Of a stretch of DNA of 64,000 bases, positions 1 through 10,915 are shown one piece after another. Location: assembly GCA_977017575.1 (NCBI GenBank), contig CDRNVI010000026.1:186001-250000 (forward strand). Reading direction: 5' to 3'. Numbering within the stretch: the stretch's first letter is position 1; each line of letters begins with the position of its first letter. The notes under the pieces are model-generated. The model searched no databases and was not told the origin of the DNA. It saw nothing but the letters and a program-made list of their open reading frames with translations. The translations under genes and the position numbers were made by a program. Source of the stretch: Paramoeba atlantica. Taxonomy: Eukaryota > Protista > Discosea.

Positions 1-860
1 CGCCAATGAAGCAGAACTTCTAGAAATACGGCGAGAGCAGAAGGAAGCAACCCTGCGCTTCTCGAAAAACGCATGGGCTGCAGCCACGGAAACATTAGAA
101 AGACCGACTGACACTTCGTCCACACACCCGTACCCAACGTGCGAAACATTTGAGGTCGTAGAACACTTCTCAAAAATACTGCAACCACCTCTCTCTACCG
201 CTAACCTACCAGACGAATCACAACTAACCAGCCAAAAGTGAACCCTCAAACCTGGGATGACATAACCCCTCAAGAGGTCACGCGCTTCCCTAGCGCGAAG
301 AAATCATCCTCCGCTCCGGTACGAGACGCCATTCAAAACACATCACTGAAAAAGCTGAAGTCGCTGCACGAAGGAATTGCGAAATACTTCAATGACCTAT
401 TACGTTGGAATGTCTGTCCAAAGGAGTGGAAAGCAGCAGTGGTCAAGCTCTTGCACAAGGGGGGGAACCGAATTCTCCGCAGAACTGGCGGCCGATAGCC
501 CTAACATCGTGCCTCGGGAAACTACTACATACAATCATCGCCGCGAGAATAACTGAATACGCCACCACGGAAGGCATTATGGACACAACTATACAGAAAG
601 GCTTCTTACCAAAGCTAGCCGGGTGTGTTGAACACACCGCTGCACTCAGTCACTGCATCCGGCACCCAAAGAAGAATCGTAAGCCTCTCTGTATGGTTCA
701 ATACGACCTGGCAAACGCCTTCGGTTCCGTCCCACATGAAATAATTATCGCAGTACTAAAAAGGGCGCATATCGACCCAGTTATTATCCATTACATCCGA
801 AAGCTCTATGAGAATGCAGAAATACAGCTCAAGCTGGAATCCGGACTTACAGAATCAATC
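1..860 (+). mobile_element. Family A RLE non-LTR retrotransposon, copy 1, pre-RT and N-terminal RT segment (frameshifted)
   Basis: ORFs 238..498 and 405.. give KSSSAPVRDAI, WRPIALTSCLGKL, QKGFLP, YDLANAFGSVPH, ending at GLTESI where the CRE-like insertion starts. Confidence 0.9.
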
Positions 861-927
861 GTTAACCAATCGTTGAATCCTTTTTCTCTTTTCTACCTCT
901 ACTCTCTCTCTCCCCGGCGCAAGCCCA

Positions 928-3900
928 TGACCAGACGTCGGCGTGGCCACCGGGGATCCAAGGATTCCGATACTGGGATTAACACCCCATCATCCTCGAC
1001 CTCAGGTAGACCTGCTACCACCCCTCTCAGGCGAGGCTCCAGCCCCCACCCCTCCGTAGAGGTGGAGGGGCTGCGCCAGCTCTCCATCGAGGAGCTGAAG
1101 AAGGCGAGCCCGGACTTGGTCGTCCGGGTCAAGGAGCAGCACAAGTCATGTGCCTGCGACTTCTGTGGCCTCCCTTTCGTGCCAACCAGGCGGGACAACC
1201 GCCTGTGTGAGGAGTGCGTTACCCTGCGCTCTCGGCACAGGAACGACGTTAGAGTGCGTGCCTCGACGCAAGCCTCAGGGACCCCTCCACCCAGTCCCAC
1301 GTCTTCCTCTCGATCCTCCCGAGCCAACTCCACAGCCCGCAGGATCCCACGTTCTTCTTCCTCTCGGGGGAGATCCCGGAGCTTTGACCGTACATTTACT
1401 ACGGTCGCCCCCACCCCTATCCTGAGGAAAGCAGCCAACGTTTCCTTCGCTCCTCTCCCCACCCCCGACAGTCGGAGCACGTCATACGCCCGCATCTCGA
1501 CGCCTGGCCTGGCGACCGCCCCCTCCCCCGATCACGTCGGACGCGATGTACAGCGACGCCCCCGCCCCGACGGAGCGTCCGCTGAAACTCCCCACGCTGG
1601 CGCAACAATTCAAGGAGATGGACGCTGTGCGCTTCAAACTCCTTCCCTCCCCTTCTAGCTCGGGGCTCCCTCTAGCCCAAACTGGAAGATGATCTGTCTC
1701 TCTGCGTCTCCTCTCGGCCCTACACGCGGAGCACGAGAGGATCTCCCTTGAGGAAATGGAGGCCCGGGCACGCCGTAAGCTGACCCTGGAGGCTGTCAGT
1801 GGTCTGCACGCGGCCCAGAAAGCCATCGAGGATCGCTTTCTTCTGATCAATGCGGGCCATTTGGTCTGCATTGAATGTGGGGTAGCCCAACTCCACCATG
1901 TAGCCCTACAGGCGCACCTAGTAAAGGTGCACGGTCCCAAGTGGCTAAGGAAAGCATATATTGCCCTGCTAAAGGAGCATGCCCCGGAAGCCCTCCTGAT
2001 CAAAACGGAGCGGTACGCCTCCATGATGGCGTACTATGAGGGATTCTGCGCTGAGGAAGCCCGCCTGCGCATGGCCCAGGTCACCACTGTGGCTAAAGGA
2101 CCTCCATGGCCAGTGCCCTCCTTACGCTGCTTCCCTCTCCCCATTCCCAACTCCCCTCCTCCCCCCTCTCCTTTCCCCCCATCTCTACCGGCGGACAGGT
2201 CGGGCGCGTACCCGATACAGGCGAGAGCACCCATTGGGGAAGTCCCGGACAAACCATACGAGCCGGTAGGGGAAGAGGTCCTCAAAATCCTCCTCGACAT
2301 TGGTGAGTATGTAGTTAGTATCTGTAGGTACGTGTGAGTTTCTGTAAATTTCTGTGAGTCGCTGTGGGCTGCTGTGAGTATCTGTGAGTAGCTGTGGGTA
2401 TTTTTTTCCCTCGGAAGAGCCTGAAAGACGAGAAGAGGCACTCAAAAGATCGGTGGTTAAGGAGGTTAGCATATCCATGCTTTCGAAACAGTAAAAGTAA
2501 CAAAAGGTTTGGTCCAAAAGCAATTTAAACAAAGTGAAATTGAAATAGCAAACTGACTGCACCCCAAAAAGAACGGTAATGAAAAGAAGCGGTAATGGAA
2601 TGTTGTTAAATGAATATGCAGTATGATGTCGAGAAATAAGCTTTATTTATTTATTTATAGCTACTGAGTATTACTTTCCACGTTTCTTTTCCGAGAGAAG
2701 TACGTAGGTATAGTTGACTGAAACTCCGCGCAAGGACTCCGCGTCGTAGGATTGGGGTACCTTGATGACATGGCCTTGTGCTCCTTGAACTTCTTCACCA
2801 ACAATGCTTTCCCAGCTTCGTTAATAGGTTTATACTTACCCTTTTCTCGATGACGAAGGAACATTTCAACATTCTGAACGATAAGGCAAGAACCAAATGC
2901 ATAGAATAGAGTACAGTTCAGATCTTTGTTCCAATGTTTAAAGGCTGTCCATCGGCCTACCCCATTTGAACTACTGAAAAGGTGCTCTACCCTCGACCGG
3001 TAATGGGCAACCATCTCATTGAATTCGAGTTTTTTGTCAACTTGATCTTCGTAATCTTGCTCTGTTTGACCAAGAAGCCTCTTTAATGGCCATATTTGGG
3101 TCTTAGTAAAAGGACGGATCACTTCTGAGCACCCTTTGAATCCGCCGTCAGCGAGGCACCTTATTTTATGAATTTTAAGAATATCTGTGATTTTCGTGTG
3201 CTCAAGAATGTTGTTGTCAGGGGTGGAACCGGTATAAAGATTTTCGGGGAAGAAACACACATATCCTGAGAATGTGCACCCCACTGCGGCTTTCACGACA
3301 TGATCTGCATACTTGGGCTGAAAACACCTATCCGCGGATCTCACATAAATTGGAACGGTGTCAAGAGCGAGAAGAACATCCTTAGAAAAAAAGTCATCCG
3401 TTGTATTCGCTTCATGTAAGAGAATATCGTCTCGAAAAACTAACCAATTGCCTTGTAGCTCACGGTACAACGTTTCAAAAAATTCAGGAATTTTTGCCCT
3501 GCAAGTGCTTTCAGACCAACCGCGTCCAAATTTTGCGGTTAAGTAGTCTGCAACAGTGTCATAGTGCCCCCCTGTGCGGAGAAACAAAAATGAGGCAAAA
3601 ATTAACTCTTCATCGTAACCAATTTTTCGCAAGTAGTCGTATGTAGCGTGTGTAAGTCCAGAAGGAGAGAGTTCTGAGGGCATAAAAAAAGAGAAACAAT
3701 GGCAGAAAAGCTATAAATAATACTATGCAGTTGTACCAATTACAATGAACTGTAACTTAAGCTTTATACGCGCAAAATTAATTTGTATCAAAATATTTAT
3801 AAGTGAGCAACCATAAATATCGAAACTTACTTCGTATCCCCTTGTTCCTTTAAACCAACCTTTTTTAGAGAGTAATCACTTCAACTTCAGTTTCAATGTT

Positions 3901-5152
3901 CAAATTAGCTCTCTTTCTGCTCTTCTGAACATGCAGCAACTTGAAATCTCCATCTTTGGCTTTCGGCAACAAGATTTTCAACGAGCACAGAATGGAGAAA
4001 AGGTCATCCGGCGTTTCTGCGCCGCTGAAAATGGCATCCTTAGCCAAATACAAACGATCACGACGGATTGTATATCCTTCAAGCAGGTCTCCAATCTGAT
4101 CATGGATCATAGCAATTCGTTCTTCCCTTTGCTCCTTAACACTCTTGGCAGCAGTTCCCTTGTAGGTTGTCCAAATGCGGCGCATCGTCTTTGATAGAAC
4201 GGGGACGTCTGCAGAGGGAAGCTCACGACGGAAATATTCGGATACGGAAGTTGCCGCACGGCGATACACTTTCGACTTTCCCACAGTAAAGCTTCGCTGT
4301 ATAATGCAAAGTACTTGGGACACAAGTGCGAATGTCAACTTCCGTTGGCATACTGTCCACCCTTCGTAGACACAGCATGCTTCCTGGACTCTCTTTTGGT
4401 CCAACCCACGCTTGGCACACTTTGCCACAACTTCAGGACCTAAGGTTTGATGATCTTGCGGCTTATTGCAAGAGAGGCAAATGTTGCAGCGAACAGGCAC
4501 GCAAAACTCGAGCAATGGCCGCACATTTCAAGTGAGGTGCATTCCTCATTAGTGTGCTCGTTGCCGCAATCAAGGCAAGAGGAAGGAGTCCGAGCACGGA
4601 ACTAAGTAACCTTATCGCAGTGAAAACAGTGCAAACGCACATAAAGTTCAGCCATCACTTATGATTAAGAAAAACTTCAAGAAAAACGTTTAGCAGAAGA
4701 TAAACTCTATTCCTATACTAAATGACTTTAGAACACAAGGTCTACAACACTGAGTATAAATCTGCTTTACCATTTTTATTTCTGTCAAAAAAGCCGAAAA
4801 ACAAAAACCGAAAGTCACAAAGGAATAGCAAAAAGTTTGAGTACCTGTAGATTTCTGTGAATCGCTGTGAGTCGCTGTGAGTATTTTTTTGCGACAAAAA
4901 ATGGCGATCTAGAGACTCACCATTGGCCCCGAGCGCCTGGGTCATACAGTGTATAGTCATCCCCTGCCCGCCCGAACGCTCGTTTCAAGCTGCTTTAAGA
5001 ATTGTGGGCAACACTTTAGGGGTCCCCGGAGAGAGCCTGCTGCTGAAGGACATTTCCGGCGAAGCTACCCCCATCACCGACTGGGAAGGGCTGGACAGAG
5101 CGCAAAGAGTCGCGGTCAGCCTCACCCTTCCCCCCTTTCCCCCAGGGCCTAG
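928..5152 (+). CDS. CRE-like ORF1 (nucleic-acid-binding, CX2CX12HX4H finger), frameshifted and split by the transposon at 2302-4921
   Basis: ATG at 928 follows a polypyrimidine tract and AG. Contains CDFC...CEEC and CIECGVAQLHHVALQAHLVKVH. Removing 2302-4924 rejoins LLDI|GPERLGHTVYSHPL... in frame to the stop at 5152. Confidence 0.7.
2661..3683 (-). CDS. Harbinger/IS5-like DDE transposase (340 aa)
   Basis: Motifs LALDTVPI, YTGSTPDNNIL, CLADGGFKG, FNEMVAHYRSRVEHLF match the DDE_Tnp_4 pattern. Confidence 0.88.
   Translation of the reverse strand: MPSELSPSGLTHATYDYLRKIGYDEELIFASFLFLRTGGHYDTVADYLTAKFGRGWSESTCRAKIPEFFETLYRELQGNWLVFRDDILLHEANTTDDFFSKDVLLALDTVPIYVRSADRCFQPKYADHVVKAAVGCTFSGYVCFFPENLYTGSTPDNNILEHTKITDILKIHKIRCLADGGFKGCSEVIRPFTKTQIWPLKRLLGQTEQDYEDQVDKKLEFNEMVAHYRSRVEHLFSSSNGVGRWTAFKHWNKDLNCTLFYAFGSCLIVQNVEMFLRHREKGKYKPINEAGKALLVKKFKEHKAMSSRYPNPTTRSPCAEFQSTIPTYFSRKRNVESNTQ
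3865..4524 (-). CDS. Transposon partner ORF with Cys-rich N-terminus, function unknown (true start probably further upstream across a frameshift)
   Basis: 219-aa ORF inside the TIRs, same strand as the transposase. RCNICLSCNKPQDH; the upstream frame reads CLDCGNEHTNEEC. Confidence 0.6.
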   Translation of the reverse strand: MRPLLEFCVPVRCNICLSCNKPQDHQTLGPEVVAKCAKRGLDQKRVQEACCVYEGWTVCQRKLTFALVSQVLCIIQRSFTVGKSKVYRRAATSVSEYFRRELPSADVPVLSKTMRRIWTTYKGTAAKSVKEQREERIAMIHDQIGDLLEGYTIRRDRLYLAKDAIFSGAETPDDLFSILCSLKILLPKAKDGDFKLLHVQKSRKRANLNIETEVEVITL

Positions 5153-5170
5153 CGATGGGGCCAAGTCAAG

Positions 5171-8100
5171 GTGTATGACGGGACACACCATGGCATGGTC
5201 TCCGCCCCAGGGGTGAGTGCGGCGCACGACATCCCCGCCGGTCTGAACGAGGTCCTGGGTATCCCCCGGATCATGACCGGTGCCTGGGAGCCCCGCAAAT
5301 ACGAAGAAGGGCTCCTTTGGTGTTTCCTTCCCACAGAAACCCTGGTAAGCGAAACGGGCTGTACCACCCGTGTTGTTCAATGCAACCTCCGCAGAGGCTG
5401 TATCGAGGCAAACCCAGGTCCTCGGTCTAAGACGAGGAGGGCCCGGAGGGAGACCCAAAATGTCCTTACACCCGGCGCTACAACCCCTACCCCGGGTGGG
5501 GTAGGTACTATTATGGAGGGAATCGGGGCCTCTACATCTCCTCGTAGCTCCTCCCGTCAGGAATGCGAGTGCCCCACCTCTCCTCCGCCGCCTTACCCCC
5601 ATCTAGCTGGGACGGACCCCCCCTACGAGGCCCCCAGTGTCACGCCCCCCAATACCCAAGGCGCGGTGACGGAGCAGGGTGACATCACGCCCTACCCGGA
5701 CAGCCTGGCACAGCTCCTTGAAAGGGGCTCGCTGCGTACCCTATACGCAGTTCAATACCCTGCCTGGATGGACTACACTAAGTCTGTGTGTAGCAACTTC
5801 CTGGGGAAGTCGTATGAAGGCAAAATTAAGATCGCCTGGGATCTACTCCTCGGGGTTAAATGGTTTCTGTTTTTCCCCGAGGACAAACTGTCCCAAAGGC
5901 AGCTGGCTAGGGAGCTTCGCAAACGGGCTCACCTCGAGGGGTCGGAAACCATAGCTCCGATCCCCCTCCCCACCGACAGCTTCCCCCGATCCGTCATCAA
6001 ACGGGTAATAGAGCTGATTCGGGCGGGGGCTTTTTCCATGGCGGCCAAAATTTTGGAAGCCCCCTCGATCCACCGGCAAATCCGGCCACGGCGGGGGAAC
6101 AGGCGAGGAGGTCCATCATCCGGTCACCCCCAAATTTGTCTATGACAAAGTCATACATGGACCCCTCCCGTCGGCGGCGGATGTTGCCCGGAAGGCAACA
6201 AGCCTGGCGCCGCTTAGAGCGCCAGGCCCGTCCGGATGGACAAAGGAACTCCTGGTCCCCATCCTTCAGGAGGACGACCCGAGAGACGTGGTCACTTGGA
6301 TCATCCAAGGGATCCTAACCAACTCCCCCCCCCACGATGAGGGATTTTCTCACTGGAGCAAACCTCAAGCTTTTCCATAAGCCTGGGGCCCCGGTGGGAC
6401 ATCACTCATCCTACAGGCCCATAGCCATGTGGGAGGTCCTACTGAAGCTCGCGGGGCTACTGGCCCTCGAGCAGGTCAGGGACCATCTCCCAGCAGTGTT
6501 TCAGGGCCTTCAATTTGGAGCCCAATACACCCAAGGCTGTGAGCATGTCATATACGAGATGAGAGATCACTTTCGTGACAGGCCCGACGAGGTGGTCGTG
6601 GCGGCCGACTTGGAAAATGCTTTCAACAGCATTTCACGCGAGGCCATTTTCCGCGCCCTAAAAAGGTACCCTAACGTATCCCCAATGATAGGGATCTCCC
6701 TTTTCGGGTACGGGACCCCTAGTAAACTCCACCTGGGGGAGGGGATATCCCTAGCTCCCGGGGGGTCAAACAAGGGGACCCGATGGCGTCCATCCTGTTC
6801 GCCTTAGGGATTCTGGGGGCCATCTCGGCCGTGGCAGCCAAATACTCGGGTTGCCTTAAGCTATGGGCATATCTCGACGATATAACCATAGCCGCGGAAC
6901 CCGAGGTGTGCGTTAAGGCCCTTGGCTCCTTGGAAGAGGAGATCAAGTTTTTGGGCTTAAAGCTCAACATGGCCAAGTACAAGGTGGCTACCCGCCACCG
7001 GGGACTGTCTTCGGCTTTCTCGGGGAGCCGGATGCAACACGGTCCGGGGGGACTGAAACTTCTGGGGGCGTACATTGGCGCCTCGGAAGCGCGGGAAGAG
7101 GAATGGGTCCTCTCCAAGGTCCCCAAGGTCACTAATTTCTTGGGTAAACTCAAGGATTTACCCAGACAGTGCGCCCTCCCTCTCCTCCGCCTTTGCGGGA
7201 ACCCCCGGTGGAACCACATAGTTCGCACGCACGAACCGGGGGTGACCAAAAAGGCGAACCTGCAGGTGGACGCGGCCATCACCGCATGCTCCGAAGCTCT
7301 TATCGGGGGGATGGGTGCAATGGGAACGACGCCGTTCGTAAATAAACTTTTTACGGCGGACTTCCTGGACACCATCCCCTTCGAAGACAAAGCGGAGGAC
7401 ATGCAGGCAAGAGCAGTCAAGGCCTTACAAGGCCAGCCCCCCGGCACCCCAGCCAGGGAGCAGAGACGCGCCTATTGGGCGGCTGCTCTGGACGAGGCAC
7501 CGTTGGCCACGCATCTGGTCTGCATGCGCCAGATACAGAACATCCACTCGTCCAAGTGGATGAATGCGTGGCCGAACAGGCCGGAGTACTACATGCGGGA
7601 TCCCGAATGGGAGACCGCCGCTAGACTCCGGTACCTGGTGGCCCCCACCTCCGAACCAGAAATCGAATGTGTGTGTGGCGCGGCCCTCAAAAATGAGGAG
7701 TTCTGCGTCCACGCCATGAATTGTAAAAAGGTTCGGGGGAAGACACAAGCCTCTCGCCACAAGGGGGTCAAGGAAACTTTCCGCAACCTACTAATCCAGT
7801 ACGGATTCTCCCCAGACCTAGTCGAACCTAGATTCGACAACGGTCGGGGACCGGACATTTGTTTCCTTTTGGGGCGGAAACTAGTCCTAGTGGACGTGAC
7901 GGTGGTAAACCCACTGGCCCCGTCCTACGTGGATAGGGAGGCAGCTGAGCCCTCCTTCACCGTGAGGCAGGCAGAGCGTCTCAAAAGGCGCACTCACGAG
8001 GAAATGGCGGGGGCCAGGGAGATGGATTTCTTCCCTTTGGCCTTCACCACGTACGGTGTCCCCGGCCCCGAGACCCTCCAGTTTCTAAATCTGGTCGCTC

Positions 8101-8231
8101 GGAAGGCCACCGGCGAGAAGAATGGTTGCCTCAGCCATTTTATCATGGCTATCGGGGTAGCCATCCAAAAAGGGAACGCCCAGATAGCGCATGCCGCAGT
8201 ACAAAACTGGTACCGTAGGGGCGTGCGCTAA
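5171..8231 (+). CDS. CRE-like ORF2: reverse transcriptase plus restriction-like endonuclease, several frameshifts
   Basis: APGPSGWTKELL (off-track frame near 6220), YRPIAMWE, ADLENAFNSISR, QGDPMAS, WAYLDDITI, CVCG...HAMNC, RHKGVK, PDI, VDVTVVNP, PLAFTTYG. Confidence 0.9.
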
Positions 8232-8681
8232 TGGGCTCGGGGGACGACAAAAAAAACGGAACGCGCGAATGGTTGGGGAGCCACCTGCAGTCCGGGTGAA
8301 ACGAAGCTGAGGGAGACCTTACCCTCCCTGAAAAGTTGAAAAGTTGGGTAGGGGAAAGTAGGAAAGTAAATAGAAAGGTGGGAAAAGTATGTCAAGAGGT
8401 GAAAAAGTGAGAGAAAGAGGAGAAAGAGAGTAAAAAATTTTCTATGTGAAGAGGTGAGAAAGTGAGAGAGAAAGTGGAGAAAGAGAGAAAAAGTTTCTTT
8501 ATTTGCATAAAAACAAAGTAAAAAATAAAGCTACAACATGTGAAATGGCTAATTTGATTGCTTGTTTACAAATCATATACCCCCCCAATGGACCTACTTG
8601 GTTCGTCTACTGGGTAAAAATATAGATGCAATGCGGCGTTTTACATTTCTCCCCCCTATTAATTGCAAAAAAAAGGAAAAA

Positions 8682-9702
8682 AGAACCAATCAACGTACAT
8701 ATTGGAGTACTCCAGGGCGACGCGCTTTCACGAATTTTATTTAACCTTGTGATGTTACGTTCGCAAGGCACGCTTTGTGATGTTGACACTACCTTGTGAT
8801 GTTACGTTCGCAAGGCACGCCCCACTTTCGGATACCATGACGGCCAGGACACCCATTTCTGCAAAGCGTTTGCCGACGACGTGACTTTCCTTATGCAAAC
8901 TCCGACGCATGCACAAAAAGTCGCTGAAATCTTCGAAACTGCGCTCTCTTCCCTACTTATGAAGCCTAACACCTCAAAATGTCGCGTCTACTGCTTGGCA
9001 CACACCGTGGATTCACTACGCTCTCTCCTAAGCTCTCTCCTAAGCGATCTCTCTAAAAAAAATCACCCTTTTTTTTGACCCGGCTACTTATGCGCAATTT
9101 TAGGCCAAAACCTGGTTGCGTTTAAGTGGGGGGGACAGTAGTCACACAACACGTATTAGAACGGCGCATGGAATGGGAGCAAACTCTTGACTCCGCACAC
9201 CACCACAGACCCGCTATCCTCGCAGCCGACCGACTTCATGGCAGACAGAGCGCCAGAGCATGGGTCCGCCGATACACCGAAAACGAGCTGATAGCTGAGT
9301 ATCGTCGCCGCGCTCCCGTCGCCGCTAAATGGTTTAGTGAGGAGACAGATGCTGAGTTAGCTGAGGATTTTGCGCGAGCTCTGCACAATATACATGGAAA
9401 AGAACTCTCTCGGTTTACCTCGATGGTCATGATCAGTTACGCCCCTCCGAGCCTAGCTAACTCACGTGCATGGGGGAAGGCTGATGGACACGTCATCTGT
9501 CCGATCTGTCGTGAAAGGAAGCAAACCTTACGACATGTCCTAACCAGCTGTACAACATCTCTCTTACAAGGCCGTTATACATACCGACACAATATGATTC
9601 TGAAGGTCCTACTAGACACGCTTCGAAGTTGGTCACATACGAGCAATGTATTTTGATCTACCTGGCAACCCCTCCGAGGAGCACCCACCATCATGGCTAG
9701 CA
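8682..9702 (+). mobile_element. Family A copy 1, resumed RT and zinc knuckle, truncated at the duplication junction
   Basis: EPINVHIGVLQGDALS (8683-8730), YVRKARPTFG, KAFADDVTF, CPICRERKQTLRHVLTSC, RYTYRHN. Confidence 0.88.
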
Positions 9703-10569
9703 GTATGTGCCGTTGCCCCATCCTGTTGAAATACACTATTAGGGGGGAAATCTACCTGTTTTAATGTTTCTATGTACGTCTCACTTGTAATAGATGTGTC
9801 ATTTCGTAGAATAACCAAATACCTCCACCCCACTCCTACAGCACCCCAAACTTGGCATCTTGGTGCCCAAAGTACTTTTTGACGCAGGGCTGCTTTTTGA
9901 CTGCGCTTTACCCACATGTGTCTTCTGCTATCGTTGGTATCAAATATCTTTTCGTCCGTAAAAATAACATGGGCAGTATCCAATTTGTAACTCAAAGCAA
10001 ATTGTACTCTTTTTTGCTTTTGTCGTTCGGTAAGCCCTTGGCATACTGGCCTAGCGGCATAATTGTAATCCAGCGATGCTAGATCTCGCTTTACAGTGCT
10101 TTGCGAAACTTGTATCCCTTTTTTACACAGTTGGCCTTTTATACGCCTTGAAGAATTGAATTTTGGTACCCCAGCGGGGTCGAGAGGAACCAATATCTTT
10201 TCAATTTTCTTTTTGCGAGATTCGATTTTTTTAGTGGTCACAGGACTCAAAGTGTATTCCCCGCTAGATTTTTTTTCGTTCAGATATTTTTTGATTATCC
10301 TTCTAGAGACGTTAAAATCACGGGATAATTGTTTTATCGGAACACCTTCTCCCTGTCTCATCTTCAAAAGAACCTTACCACTATCCGTAAGCCCCCCTTT
10401 TGGGAGCCAATATGGTGATTTGGTCATTTTTGGAAAAAAAAGTTGAAAAACCAATTATTTTTTCTTTACTAAATTTTAAAATTTTAAAATGAGCTAAAAA
10501 CAGCGGGAACGTACAGATCTCGAAATTTTGAACGAAAAAGTGGTATGATAACCCACCCACGCCCCCCTG
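9703..10569 (-). mobile_element. Tc1/mariner (IS630-Tc1) transposon, truncated after the second catalytic Asp
   Basis: ORF 9633..10454 has an HTH region, HVIFTDEKIF, VWGAVG, VFQQDGATAHT, then runs into element A antisense. Possible terminus CAGGGGGGCG on the minus strand at 10569. Confidence 0.85.
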
Positions 10570-10734
10570 TGCTAAAAATAAGAGGGGGTCACTTATTCGT
10601 GAGCGGGGGTTTATAACAAAAATTATAACAAAAATGAGCCAAAAAGGGTAAAAATAAGACTCCTTCCTTCCTGACGCAATTTATTATACAGTTTATGATA
10701 TAGATTATCCGTGTACCAGACTCAAAAGAATTTT

Positions 10735-10865
10735 GGGTCAAATGAGCATATTTTTGTACTCTACAATTTTTTCAATCAAAATTCACCCCGACAAGTAAAA
10801 CAAAGTCCTTAAACAAGTTCTTACCAAAGCCATTTTATCATTCCTCATTAATACGGTACAGAAAG
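10735..10865 (+). repeat. Dispersed repeat, similar to 62295-62420 (possible MITE end)
   Basis: GGTCAAA..GGCATATTTTTGTAC...TTTTTTCAAT.AAA...CCCCGAC.AGTA...CATTTTATC.TTCCTCATTA is shared by both sites. Confidence 0.6.
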
Positions 10866-10915
10866 AGTACAAATTTACCCACACCTTAATCCCTGGTCTA
10901 CTTTACTTTGCGTAC

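Larger units (their letters stand above)
2302..4921 (-). mobile_element. PIF/Harbinger (ISL2EU-like) DNA transposon, two genes
   Basis: Terminal inverted repeats GGTGAGTatgTAG / GGTGAGTctcTAG (11/13 match). ATT duplicated at 2299-2301 and 4922-4924. Encodes a DDE_Tnp_4-type transposase. Confidence 0.85.
861..8681 (+). mobile_element. CRE-clade (SLACS/CZAR-like) two-ORF non-LTR retrotransposon, full length, interrupted by a DNA transposon
   Basis: Flanked by AGAATCAATC (851-860) and AGAACCAATC (8682-8691). A-rich tail at 8666-8681. ORF1 has a C2H2 finger; ORF2 has RT and a restriction-like endonuclease. Confidence 0.85.
1..9702. repeat. First copy of a large direct segmental duplication (matches 16396-26097; offset 16395 bp)
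   Basis: The ORF track is repeated at +16395. Base 1 context is found at 16396. Identity ends after ...CATGGCTAGCA (9702 / 26097). One substitution noticed: 3661 G vs 20056 C (Ser/Cys in the transposase). Confidence 0.97.

Noticed and set aside
405-1658. 417-aa ORF as a real RT fusion protein
   Set aside because: It is a chance in-frame join of family A RT and the 5' end of the inserted CRE element at 860|861.
6060-6800. Programmed frameshifting in CRE ORF2 (and in families A and B)
   Set aside because: Shifts are numerous and often at G/C runs, with no consistent slippery site; sequencing error or decay is more likely. Reads would decide.
8745-8820. 29-bp direct repeat as an element terminus or CRISPR repeat
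   Set aside because: It is a local duplication within the family A RT coding sequence (LVM...YVRKARPTFG).
10852-10870. SL-like hit TTTCTGTACC (minus); also ACAGTTTCT near 53750
   Set aside because: Only 9-10 nt match, expected by chance.
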